A program made the translations under genes and the position numbers. Under the pieces are notes generated by a model. That model was not told the DNA's origin. It did no database searches and saw nothing but the letters and a program-made list of their open reading frames with translations. A DNA stretch of 64,000 nt from contig NC_087436.1 in assembly GCF_036321535.1 (NCBI RefSeq), positions 38,194,001 through 38,258,000 on the forward strand. The letters are read 5' to 3'. This document shows, one piece after another, positions 24,076-36,700 of this stretch (the stretch's first letter is position 1; the number at the start of each line of letters is the position of its first letter). Source of the stretch: Camelus dromedarius. Its lineage: Eukaryota.

Positions 24076-24580
24076 ACATAGTCAGGTCTTGGATTTGATT
24101 TTATCCTTTCTACAAGATATTCACTTAGCCTTTTACAAGACAGTTAATTCTTTATGAGACAGTAAGTCACTGTTTCAAGGATGCTGGCAGAAGACTGGAG
24201 ATTCCTGGGTCAGAAACAAAGAACATCATTCCTCACGGCACAGTAAGCAGCATGAGAATCAGCATGTTTACATGACCTCCTGGCCCAGAAGTCCCAATGG
24301 GAGTGGTGTGATACGGCTCAGAAGGACGCACACAGTGGATGCACACAGCAGTTGGCATTACAGCCGAGGAACACCAAACTTAGGGAGCCCGCTGATTTCA
24401 TAAGATGCTGTAAGAAAGCCTGCTCTTTGCCCCAGAGGGTAACATTACTTCATCTTTCAAGATCACTAGCTACTAACACCACCCTGAGAAATCACCCAGG
24501 TAGAGTGGTCAGGCCTTGCGTTCTTGTTACACCATGTAAGATGTGTAGGAAGCAACACATGGTACGCTACCTCCAAAACT
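24076..24580 (-). mobile_element. LTR40-like ERVL solo LTR, antisense
   Basis: 'tgtttcaaggatgctggcagaagactggagattcctgggtcagaaacaaagaac...ctcacggca' is the reverse-complement counterpart of 13950-14020. Confidence 0.75.
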
Positions 24581-24669
24581 TCAGTGCTTCCTGGCAATAG
24601 AATCATCACCTAAGGGTAATGACGTTTTAATAAGAAAAACATATACAATACCTCAATTAAAAATAAGCA

Positions 24670-25015
24670 AGTATATAATAAATGGTGCTGGAGCAACTGG
24701 ATATCCAAAGCACTCAAAATGGATCAGAGACATAAACATGGAAACTAAAAACTACACTGTTCTCTAAAAAAAACTGTTCATGACCTTGGTGTGGAAAAAA
24801 TTTTTTACACTTTAAAACAATAAATAAAATGCTAATTATTAACTTAAAAAATGAAGATTTGACTTTATCCCAATTAAAAACATTTGCACATCAAATATTC
24901 CATTAAGTAATGGAAGGCAAGCCACATATTGGAAGAATCAAGGTGCAATGCATATATTTGACAAAGGACTCTTATCTAGAATACATTTTTTTGAAAAACC
25001 CATAAATCACTAACA
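24670..25015 (+). mobile_element. L1 ORF2 internal fragment
   Basis: 'aataaatggtgctggagcaactggatatcc...ctcaaaatggatcagagac...ggcaagccacatattggaaga...tttgacaaaggactcttatctagaataca'. Confidence 0.8.
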
Positions 25016-25050
25016 TGACCCAGAAGCTGCTGCATGATCTTGTCTCTAGA

Positions 25051-25600
25051 TGTGGTGGACAGACTTCTAAGATAGTCCCAGCATCCCCATTTCCTCGTGT
25101 ACGTGCCCTGTCTTATCCCCGGGACTGGGGATATGACGGACTTCAGTCTTTTATTGGTTATGTTATATAGCACAGTTGACTTGAAGAAAGGGGGACTATC
25201 CCGGGTGGACCTGAGCTAATTAAGTGAGCCCTGCAAAGGGCAGAGATTGCCCTGGATAGAGAGATTTGAAGCACGAGAGGAATTTAAAAGGAGAAAGATT
25301 CTCCATTGCTGGCTTTGAAGATGGAGTGTACTACACAGAGAGCAATGTGGGCAGCTGCTTAGGAGATGAGAGACAGCCAGTAGAGAAACAGGGATTTCAA
25401 TTCTGCAACCTCAAGGAACTGAACTTTTGCAACTGCCTGAATGAATCTGCAATCCTTGGTTCAGATGAGAAGGCAGCCAGTGATATCTTTCTTTCCACCT
25501 GTGAGAGCCTTCGTAGAAAGCCCAGCCATGCAGTGCACAAACCTCTGACCCGCAGAACTGAGAGCTTAGAAATGTGCTGCTCTATACTGCTGCGTTTGTA
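25051..25600 (+). mobile_element. MLT1E-like MaLR solo LTR
   Basis: 'tgtggtggacagacttctaagatagtccc...ttgctggctttgaagatgga...caacctcaaggaactgaac...tctgacccgcagaactg'. Confidence 0.8.
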
Positions 25601-28539
25601 TATCTCAATAAAGTACTGTAAAATTAAAAGGAAGAAGTTCTAATATAAATCGAGGAAGTATCTGTGATGCAGATTAAGAATGAGATCATGAGGCAAAAAT
25701 ACGACTTTGGCATAAACTGGTGACGCTGTCCTCTACAAAGGATGCAAATCCTTCCGGCTACCTTCATTGTTGCTTGACTGGCTTCCCCAGTCAGCATCAG
25801 TGTTTACCTGCAAACCGTACAGTCCTGTATTTAAGTTGCCTGATCCCCATTTTGCCTCTCTGTGTGAAAGGAAATCCCAAAAATGAGGAATCAGGGGTGG
25901 GAAAATGTGGATGCTTATTCTTCTGATCATTATGTAGTGGGTACAATGAATCCAGGCAGCCTGCTTCCTGGCTGTCTCTCCTTCCCCTGCTGTCACCACA
26001 CAGGGCTGGGCCCACCACAGAGTAGAGCATAAAACAGGGAGTCAGCATCATTAGTACATGAAAGGCACCAAACGGACACAGCTTCCTCCCCGTCCTTATT
26101 CTTTCCCCAGCCTTCCCCTCCTGTGACACATGACATAGCCACTTTCTCCCACATCACACCTTCCTCACCGATAACTGAAGTTTTCCACAAACACGCTTTT
26201 GTTCCCAAAATTTTGTTTTGTTTTGCTATGCTCTGGCCCCAGGAATAACACGTGGAAGTGCACAGATTTGTTTGCAGCACATGATGACATCTTGGACACT
26301 TTGTAATGTCAGCTAACAATTCAGTGAAGGTTTTAGTGAGCCGACAATGACAGGTGAGCTTCCCCAGGTTAAGGCTGGGAATCTCATGAACACCCTCTGG
26401 CTTTGCTCCTTTCTTTTGAAACCCCAGTTTGTTGCAGCTCAAGCAATACTTTAAAGGGATCTAAATCTCTTACAGCTGTGAAACACTCTCATCCTCCACT
26501 AGGCCTGCAGATCTCCCCAGGGAATGGTGTGGCTATGGACAGCCAGCTGGAAGAACAAACATAAATCTCTTTGGAGACTTATATGCTGTCATAGTTTGCT
26601 AGGGCTTAGAAAGACTGAACAGTTTTAATCATTTATCTCCATTTATCAAAATACTCCAGCCCCCAAAACCCTAAACCATTCTCAGCTGTGAGCCTGCCAT
26701 GCACTAGCAGAAACTTACCATAGACTGTGTTGATGTCTTTGTGATAAACACGTGCATGCGTAAAAGATTGCTTTGGCCCTAAGAAAGATTTTATTAATTA
26801 ATGTCCATTCAACAATTAATCAAGAGCTACTTGGTAGCCTTCATTTTATAGTATATATGAATTCATTATACACAGGTATATTCATTATATACAAGTAATC
26901 TCATATATCACATGAACTGCTTGGCCAAGCCATCCACCAACATGTCGACTGTAAACTTTATTTTTAGCTATTTATAAAAGTGTGGAAGTCTGAACCGAGG
27001 AAGAATAGATGGGTTCTGTGATGACATCCTCCTTTTTTATCCTATTACTAAATACAGAAAGAAGAACATATTCCTAAATTTTTTAAATAAAAGTTAAGAT
27101 ATAGGTAAATGATATTCTGTGTCTCAATAATTATAAGAACTAATGAAAATAGGTATTTAATTTAAACAAATTGAACCTTAAAGATAAATATGCCATTCAG
27201 AAGTGGTTAGGGGTCATTTGGGGCAGATTATCTGTTTACTTAATGCTGTAATTAAAGCAACAAGATTTCTTCCCAATCAGCAGCACTCACTACTCAGGGA
27301 CAGTGTGGGAGGAAGAACACAGAGATTCTTCCTCCTGTGCAATCCCCAGTCGGAACCTTGGAGGAACGTGCTGGTTGATGAGCCTACCTTGCTTATAGCA
27401 CCACAGGTCCCAGACTGGGGGACACGGACAGACACCCCATCAGCCAAGCCCAAGGCACCTCCTTTCAAATGTGGCTGAATCAGAGGTATAACAAGATTGC
27501 CATTAGCATGACTCATTCTGTGAAATGCCTCCTCGATCTCACTAGGAAGAACCACTCATGTATTTGTTTAAAACAAGCATAAAAGTGGTGCTTTGGTGGG
27601 TATCATTCAAAGCTCTAAACAAGGATTATTCTTGTGAAAAGTAGCAAAACTGTGAAACTTGATGGGAACAGTGGGTACTCTCCACTGGGTTCTATGAGCA
27701 AACTCCACATTTTTTTGTATTTGAAAGTAGATATAAGGTAGGAAAGGGCAGAACAGGAACTTTTTTATTTTTAAATGTTGTCATGAAAGTTAAAAGGTAG
27801 AAAATGATTTCTTCTCAAAAGCACAGACATTTGTGGCTGATGAAGAATAGGGGTACTGTATGGACTGGACACGGAGAGATAAGACAAGTTAGGAACAGAT
27901 GTGCCTAGTGGAAGGATGTGGCCCTCTCTTTAATAATCCCCATGATAAAGCAGATTAATAGGGTGCTTGTGGCTAGGTCACAGAAAGGCCATCGGATGAT
28001 CAGGAAGTTGCCTGGGACTGCTGACACTGCCAAGTTACCCTGAAGTCCCAAATCAGGATGGTATTCTACAGAGTACCTTGGAAAAGTTGGATTCTGTTAA
28101 TGGCAGAACTCAGGGTGAGTTCTTTTCAAAGCACTTTGGAATATAACCAGAGTTAAGTGTTTTTAAAGAGTTAAATATTTGAAATCAGACAAATATCTGG
28201 TTCTAAATAATTTTCTCATATTATGCTTAAATAGAATATGTTTTCCAACTCACAAAAATTTTGGCACAATTAGCTAACATTGATATTGAAATGCCTGAAT
28301 ATATAGTTCTATTCTTTCCAAAAGAAAAAGCCTACTTGAAGACCTATTTAATACTTTCATAGAACACCTTGCATAGAAAAAAATTGAGTGTCTCTGTCTA
28401 GAAGATAAACCAAAGTAAAATGCCTAATATTTTAGGGCCTCTGCCCTGTAGGTCTGTGAGGGGTAAAAATGTATGATAGGAAATAAATATACTCATTATT
28501 GCAAGATTTTATAACCCAAACAAATATATCACCATTCAT

Positions 28540-28710
28540 GACATGGCAGAAAGAGCATGCACTCTGGAGTCAAAATGTGGAACTAACTTAAAATCTCTGG
28601 ACCTCAATTTTCTTATTTGTAAAATGGGACTAATAATACCTATTTTATAGAATGTTGTGAGGATTTGTGATATTGTATTTTCGGTAATTATGATAGTGGT
28701 CAGCAAAAAT
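28540..28710 (+). mobile_element. MIR SINE
   Basis: 'agagcatgcactctggagtcaaa...ctctggacctcaattttcttatttgtaaaatgggactaataatacc...gttgtgaggatt'. Confidence 0.8.
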
Positions 28711-28784
28711 ACTAGTCTAAAACAACACTAGTATGTTCATTTTGGAAGAATATATCTCAATTTAGATAAAACAAATCATAAACC

Positions 28785-28900
28785 ATTCATTTATTAACAC
28801 ACATTGTTGAATATCACCAGGCTTGGAGATAAATAATAAATAAACAATATGAATAAGACATGGACTTGACTTCAAAGTTCTTGATTAAAGCAGGAAGACT
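28785..28900 (-). mobile_element. L2 3' fragment
   Basis: 'cattcatttattaacacacattgttgaatatcaccaggcttggagata...tgaataagacatgg'. Confidence 0.55.
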
Positions 28901-28952
28901 TTTATAAGTAAATCTGTGAAAGGGTTAAAGGTTTTTTCATATGAAAGAGTTC

Positions 28953-28970
28953 TTTTTTTTTTTTTTTTTT
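28953..28970. repeat. Poly(T) tract
   Basis: Uninterrupted T run read directly. Confidence 0.9.
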
Positions 28971-29959
28971 AATTTTCCAGAGTAGGTGTATGTAAAGGGG
29001 ATGAAATACAGGGTCAACTTGGCCAAGGATGGAACTTTACAAAAAATTCTTGATAATTCAACATAAGCAAAATCTGGACTTGTTAATTATTATTTAGAAA
29101 TAAAATGAGGAATATATAAAGCTTCCCTCATTCTAAATTTTCTGTGTTGAAGTAGGGAGAGCATGGATTAATTAATTTGAAAATGAGAAAGTGTCCACTG
29201 AGCTGACAAAAATGAAAACACAAATATGATAATATAGTGTTGGGGAGGATAGCACACACACCATTCTATTTAGTAACTTATGTGCACCTCTAAGTTTGAG
29301 ATCCACTGTGGTTGACCAAGAAGGTTTCTGGGCATTAAACTTTCTGCATTTAAGATAACTACTACATCCCTGGGTAAAAAAAAGATGAATGAAAAAATTC
29401 TAAAAATGTTCTGTGAGTTTTTCTGTTGACTTCATTGTGTCTAATCTTAGTATTATTGAAGATTGAAAAATAGTGTAGTCTTAGTTTAAGGAGGTAAAGT
29501 CAGCTGTAATACATAAATGTGTAAAAAAAGTCTCCAAAGCAAAACATCAAATTGTCCCTCCTTCTTTCCATGGCCAGTGCCTCTCCTGTAACTTAGAGTT
29601 TGCCTGATCTCTACATAATAAATATACATAAATAGTCAAGAAACTATGTAACTCTCCAGATACTGCCTTTCTTGCCACTGTCCCCAACCAAAATTCATCT
29701 ACTAGTTGTCTCTATGAACTCTCTATTTTCTCAGCTCTCACTCATTTCTTGACAATACCAACTGGACTTTTACCCTTATCTGTCCTAAAGTGCTATTTAA
29801 CAAAGTCATCAGTAACATTCAGGGCAATAAATTTCATATTCATTTTCAGTCATTATTTTTCACCTCTCTAGACTTTATTACTCCCATTTGGAACTTTTGT
29901 GACTAAAAATGAATAGAAAAAGAAAACAGTATTAACAAGGAAAGATTTACACAAAGAAG

Positions 29960-30135
29960 ACCATGAGTTTTGGACTTAAAAAGAGCCTTCCTTAAAACAG
30001 TTATATCTTCAGATTAATCATCTATAAAATATAAGTAAATGATACCTACATAACAGGACTGTTGAAAATGCTAAATGAAATAATGTGTAAAGCATTCAGT
30101 GCTTTACATAACAAACACTCAATAAATGTTAGTTC
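29960..30135 (+). mobile_element. MIR SINE
   Basis: 'aatcatctataaaat...gatacctacataacaggactgttgaaaatgctaaatgaaataatgtgtaaagcattcag...cactcaataaatgttagtt'. Confidence 0.75.
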
Positions 30136-33100
30136 TTTTTCAATTTTGAGATGCTGAAAGGCAACATTGTTTCTGGGATGTAATAATGCTGGAATAATCT
30201 ATTAGTTACTTGAGGGGGCAGATATGTTCAGGGGAGGGAATATGCTTAGGAGGTGATAAATGGAAGGAAGTATTAATAGTGAGGTCCTCTGAATACTAAG
30301 ACTGGTCTTAAATTTTTTTAAAAAATATGAAAATGATCTTGTTGAGACTAGGAGAACATATGCTCCAAATTTTCAGTTACTAAATGCCAAAATGAAAGAA
30401 ATACACATGAAGTGGTATAAATGAGTCAAGAGTGGTCTGGTGATTTTCAATTAGATTGTATATGTGTTAAAGTTTCACACCATGTGTAAAGGATGGTGGG
30501 CTAGAACATTCAGCTAAGAGCAAACAAAGACATCAAACCTTTACTGAGAACATCAGCTCAATACATGGACTTAAAACCAACAAAGTGACAGAAACTAAAA
30601 GGGCTGATGCTCACAACAAAACAAAAACCATCCTGCTCTTATATGAAACAGCTTTTATCTGTTCCTGGAAGCCTTCATACAGTATTGTGTTGGCAAAACT
30701 GAGCTTCAAAACACTCAGAATGTAAATCAGTTTAATCTTTCATAAAGTAAACTTAACAAATATGTATGAAAGACTTAAAAAAAGAAAAAACCTCTGATTT
30801 CTTACAGTAGTTTATCCTAGCATATAACTAGGGATATAGGCCCTAGGATATCACTACAGATTTTACTGAATTGTTTAAAATATTGAAAAATTAGGGGAAA
30901 TACATTTTTCAATGTATATATTCCTTTGTAAAATTTTATGCATAACAAATTTAAGATACAAAATGGGAATAATTAAATAATTTGTTTAATATTCTGTTGT
31001 AAATATGATGCGAAGACACTGTGCTCACGAAAAACCATTGCTTAATGAGTATTACATTTAAGAAAATGGTGGTGGCACACAAGTGAATATGTTTCTCTGG
31101 AAACCATATTCTTGTCCACCATATTCAGTGGTTAGTGTTATTTAAACTCTGTAAAATTCTCTTTCTCTGACACCCTTTTCTTCCTGTGCTCCATGCTGAC
31201 CTACTGGTCACAGTGTCGTCTTCTGGTAAAGTCCAACGTAAACCATTGGTTATCAGTTTTCTTAAAAACACTCCTAAGACACCTAATCTTTTTAATTTAA
31301 TTTCTTCATTATACCCAACACTCTTCAGATATTTATTAACAATCTTACTATTAATTAACAAATGAGAGTGCTAGCTATTATATATCAACTACATTAATTT
31401 GGTCTTTAAAAGTAATGTTATTCCTTAGAATTTGGCATTAGAGATAACTTTTTTTCCCCTTAAATATCTAAACTGTTACTGACAGGAAACTATTTGGAGA
31501 CTACGTAGAAATGGTAGAGAAATTCTCATGGTTTCCACAGGCCTGTGGCTGTGGCAGGGAGTTGGGAATCACTAGCAGAAATTTCCTCCTCGTTGCCTAA
31601 GGCTGCACAGGCTAGATCAGCGTCCATACTGGTGCAGAACAGTCAAGAGCACAATCTCTTCCTCACGTCTCTGTCCCCTGCATCCTTCTTTTATCCCCCA
31701 GAATTCTTTTGTTAAAAGGCTCCTAGTTGCCTGTTTGTTGAAGAAAATTCCCCCTTAATCTATAATGGAATAAAATGAAGAGGTTAGCATCATCTAGATT
31801 TAAAAAGTGAAAGAATACAGAATTCAAAATATGGTAGAATGAATAACTAATATCTCTATCTACACACCTACATGTCTCTCTTTAATCTTGTCTAAAAAAG
31901 ATGTTTATGTGAATGAATAAATACCTCACCCTAAAGAGAGTAAAAATGACATTATTAGTATTTTATATGGAAGCATATTAATTAAAGTGATAGTAATTGA
32001 GGCAAAATTTCACATATTAAAAATGTACAAACAATAGATAGTAATTTAATACTGAAGTGTCAACTTTATCTAGCACTTGATATTTCTCTTCATATTTAAA
32101 TGTACCCGGTTAGCCACCACTGAGTGTAAAGACATGGAAACAGAAAGGCAGGGAGAATAACTAAGGAAGAGCTGATCCAACTGAGAGAAGCACCATGGGA
32201 ATCATTAGGAATAGTAAAAAGGAGAGAAAGGAACCGAAATTTAGTCAGAATTTTAAGAAATATATGAAATCTAATACATTCTACTAAATTAGGAGTGGGT
32301 TAAAAATGAATTTAGATGAAATTTAGAAATAGGGGATAGAAGAAAGTAATAAAGGTATAAAGAAATTCAAATTCAGCATCCTGAGTCTCTAATGCATTAT
32401 GATACCCCCAGCATACAAAGAGGAACAGAGCAGTGTCCTGGCCTTCAAAGGGAGCTTACAATTTTATTAGGAAAAAATTCCATTTAACAAATGATCTGTG
32501 TACAAGACACATAATCAAGTAACTGAAGAAGAACGCAAATCAGAACAAAATGGAGAATCACGTATCATAACAATGAGTGCTAAATGGCACTAACATTTCT
32601 CAGTCAGTAGTTGGAATAGCTACTTTTAACAGACACCCAAGTTAATATTGTTATAATTTGTCTAGGCACCAAAATTCAAGACACCAAAAATGTCAAAAAG
32701 TGCTATGAATGATCAAAAGAGGTGATAACTACACATTTACGTTACATTTCAGAGAAGAATCTATGGCAAAGGAAAAGTTGCAAGGTTTGAGAGTAAGTAT
32801 TTTTCCAAGGTCAGAAATTATAATCTTAACGTTTTTAAAACTCTTTAATTATAACTTTGATCACCTTCGAAAAATTCCTAATTTAAACGTGGATCTTCAG
32901 AAATATCTGCACTATTAAATTTAAATGGTGCCTAAAGACATACTACAGAAAATCCTTATTTTAATTTTTTTTGTGAATAAAACACTACAGTAAGCTAATG
33001 AGGGGAGCTAAGGAATCACTTCTGCTGAAAGTTTTAAAACAGAGCCTCCTTTCTCTGGCATTAGCTGTGGTTTTACCTGAAAGTGGGATTCGTAACTATT

Positions 33101-33611
33101 AAGATCTCATTCCATTCCTGCATTTCAAAGATCATTACATTCTCCACACCATGGTTTGACTGACTGCACACATAAACCCTGCGTAGTAACTGAAACTACC
33201 TGCAGCTCACAGAGGTGCTCTTATACCACCTGGTGTTGGACACAGAAATTGTGTTCCCTAAAAGCTGCTGAATGAATAAGTGGCATCCAGCACCAGGAAT
33301 CTGACTGAACTTTTCCGGAAGGTAAAGCTGAAGAAGATAACGTGGCTGCAGTGGGGACAGAACATAGCCAAAAAGCTGGGAGACATAGCCAAGGAAAAGC
33401 ACCCTCTACCTCAGCAACATTATGGTAATAATTACAGCCTCAGAGAGAAAACAGTTTCAAACATTTTCCAAGTTTGAGGATTTGACAATAGCAGGCTCTG
33501 ATGGAAAACTGCAGTCACATTGCAAGCACCAGACTCTTGTAGCAATTATGGGGGGAGGGAGGAGGTGGTCGTACGGGATCTCCAGCCTTTGCACCTTCAT
33601 AAGCTTTCATG

Positions 33612-33708
33612 TATTATGGGGATGGGATGGATATGGGAAATCCCCTGTACCTCCCTCTCAACTTTGTTATGAACCTAAAAGTGCTCTTAAAAAAAAAGTC
33701 TTTTAAAA
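33612..33708 (+). mobile_element. L1MC-type extreme 3' end
   Basis: 'atatgggaaatcccctgtacctccctctcaactttgttatgaacctaaaagtgctcttaaaaaaaaagtc'. Confidence 0.75.
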
Positions 33709-34349
33709 AATGACAATTCTTTTCTAAGCCTCTAGTTAGAAAATTCAAAAAACAGTAGACATGCTATCCAAGATGAATGAATATCAAAGTAGCATGAACT
33801 TCAGGAGATGAATGAATGCACAACAAAAGGACACTGAAAGCTTAACATGAAAGAGCTCAATCTAAGGTGAACTGCGTGCTTTGAGGATGATGGCTGGATG
33901 TTGATCACCACTCTCACCACCACTCTACTTCTCAAGCCTTTTCCACAATTTCCAATTTGCGTGAATGGATTCTACACTGATGCAATATAAATACTGTGTA
34001 TATTCTATATGGCTTTCCAGCAGAGTGAATTGGTACTGTACTCACACATTTTAAAATGTTACCATAAGAAATGATGGAAATAGATTAAACTCATTAATCA
34101 AGAATAGATAAATAATTACATTCAAACATCTACAGATTCTAATGAAGATGGGAAGGTTGTTTTATTATAACACACAGATTTTATAGCTGCTTTAATTCTT
34201 TTAACTAGAAGAAAGTTATTTAAAATGTTTAAAAATTCTACTAGTGATTGGGACTGATCCCATTTATCCAGCAGGAATTTTGTGCAGCTGAGTTTCTGTA
34301 TACCTCTTATATGTGACTTGCTTTAGAAACACAAGAGGTAATTATTAAA

Positions 34350-34472
34350 AATTCAGATTTGGGGGCTTGAAATCAAGTCTACTAACTCAGCATCTCTGGA
34401 CTGAAGCCTAGCATCTGCTTTATAAGAAACTGCTCGGGTTGGTCTCTGGACACAGAAATGTGAGAACCAATG
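34350..34472. mobile_element. MER5A-like MITE fragment
   Basis: 'tctactaactcagcatctctgga...gcatctgcttta...aaatgtgagaaccaatg'. Confidence 0.6.
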
Positions 34473-35264
34473 ACGTAATGTACGTGTGGGCACATGTGAA
34501 GGATGCCAAAAGTGTATGGTGTGACCCTGCCTTCTGGAGTCTTTTGAATATTTTGGTATCTTGACAAAATTAGGTATAACAGTTATTCTTAATAAAAGGA
34601 ATTGGCATTTCTTCTGCATCAATATAATCACTATATAATCATTTTAAAATGGTTCTAGATTTCTCATATGAACTACTGGCCTAAAGGAATTTCAAAACCT
34701 CATCTCAAGATGCATCACCACGTATCAGTTTCTCTGGGTTTTGAGACTCTTCTAATTATGCATTCGACATGTTAAAATCTTTTTCTTCACACACTTTCCA
34801 TATTTTTAAACTTCCTAAAGACCCTGTCAATCCAATCTGTTATGTTCAGGTCACTATCAAACGCTTTAAAATCTTCTAAATGTGTCAACCTTGTTTTCAT
34901 TTCCCAAAATAAAACAGTATTTCTTTCCAAGTCTGTTACTATAAAAGACAATAATCTAACTTTCAGCCAGAGACAGTAATAGGAATATTTAGTAGGAGTT
35001 TAAGGAAAAGAAGATATTTTGCTGGGTGAGTTAGAGACCCTTAAGAGACTAGACGGGAGTCCATCTTCTTTAAACAGCAGCTTCTTGTATCAAACTGCTG
35101 AGGACTGAGAAAAGACGAGAGTTAACCAAGGCAGAGAAAGAAGCACATGCAACATGGGCCAGCAGGCATGTTCAGGACGCTGTGTAGTGAGAGCTGTGCC
35201 TCAAGGGGTCGGCTAATGGTAAAGACACCTTTATGTGTCAGAAGACTGGTTAAAGGTGGGGTGA

Positions 35265-35350
35265 GGAGTTTATTTCAGATAAGAACTTGGCATAGAGTGC
35301 TTGGCATGGAGTAGGAAGGAAAGAAACATCTGCTGAATGAATAAACAGAC
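35265..35350 (+). mobile_element. L2 3' end
   Basis: 'ggcatagagtgcttggcatggagtagg...acatctgctgaatgaataaa'. Confidence 0.6.
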
Positions 35351-35764
35351 AAATGGAAGCTGAAGCCCTATTCAGTTTCTGGATGGAGGGCAGCTGGCTT
35401 CCACTGTCACACTCATGAGGGCAATGTGAATGCAAGCTCTCCTCATTAGTTTCTCGTATGTTAAGAAAAGGAAGCTCTAAAACTGTGAAAAGGAGAATTC
35501 AAGATTTGACAGAATTGTGTCCAGAATGGTCTTTGGACATTAGATAAAAGTCGCTTAAAAATGCAGAGGCAGATGGGATGGAAAGATGGGTTGAATAGGT
35601 TTAGAGTTGAATCACTAGATATTACAACAAGGCTGTCATAGAGGAGTCAAAAAATACATGTTGATGATTCTCAAGGACAGGGACATCTGTGGCTGTGTGA
35701 TTATATGCGAGTGTTTCCAATCTCTGTGAGGAGTCAAGTCCATTTGAGGTCTATGCAACTTTAC

Positions 35765-35855
35765 TCTTACTCTTCTTCCCTTCCTCCTCCTCACCCTCCC
35801 CATCCTTCCTTCCCTCCCTTTCTTCCTCTTCCTTTCCTCCCTTCTTTCTTCTTTG
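35765..35855. repeat. Polypyrimidine (CT-rich) tract
   Basis: 'ctcttcttcccttcctcctcctcaccctccccatccttccttccctcccttttcttcctc...'. Confidence 0.75.
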
Positions 35856-36164
35856 CATTAACCCTCCTTCTCTAGTCTCCACCCTTTTTTTTAACATGAG
35901 TTCAAATTTCTTGAACAATTTTGAATCCTGTGCTAGGTGATGAAGAATTAGAAATGAGTAAGACACAGCCCTGTGCCATAAGGGTAAGACACAGTTCTTG
36001 TCAACAACAGATCATGAGTGAGGGATAAGGCAGAAGTTAGAGGGATCTATGTCTTGCCACCACAACTGACTCCCTTCTCTTAAGTTTGGATGTGATTCCC
36101 CCACTATCCCCAATGCTCCAGTGTCTTGGTGATGCTGGGAACTATAGCAGAGATTGGACCACTG

Positions 36165-36375
36165 TCACTGCTTATGGGATTGTGCAGATTATCCAACCAG
36201 TAGAGCATCCTAGCATGGGGATGACTAGTTTGTATGATAACTCATTCTACCTGCCAAGATTTGCACCTATGGGGTCATCTCACCAAGAGGAGGTGACTTT
36301 GTGAAAAAGTTTGCCCAAAGAAGATGGCTTTTTCTATTCACACAAATATGCCATCGTGCCATTGGGCAGCCATGG
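36165..36375. mobile_element. Possible MER91-like hAT fragment
   Basis: 'ttttctattcacacaaatatgccatcgtgcc' and 'ttatgggattgtgcag' loosely resemble MER91 segments from memory. Confidence 0.3.
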
Positions 36376-36459
36376 GTGGTCTGAACTGCCAGAATCGTAA
36401 AGGAACATGAGCTCTCCTGAAATCACAGATACAGAGGGTTCAGCTGTACAGGAGATGCA

Positions 36460-36700
36460 CAATGTATTTGCTTCCATGGAGAGCACATTCCAGTCATGGG
36501 AGACAAGATGCTTCAGACAGTACTTACTACCATGCAGAAAATAAAGAAGAGTAATGGAATAGACCTGACTGGTGTAGGGGATGCTATTTTAAGATGTATA
36601 GTTTCTAAGCTGTAGATAATGAAAAGCAGTGAACAAAGCAAAAATCCTGAGAAGCAGCATTCCATGCAGAGTAAAATCCTACAGTATGAACTACTCAAAT
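36460..36700 (-). mobile_element. L2 fragment
   Basis: 'tgcttccatggagagcacattccagtcatgggagacaaga...gcagcattccatgcagag'. Confidence 0.55.

Noticed and set aside
25266..25643. 125-aa ORF
   Set aside because: Almost entirely within an MLT1E-like LTR.
25993..26442. Longest ORF (149 aa)
   Set aside because: Non-ATG start, no domain, and composition typical of a chance ORF.
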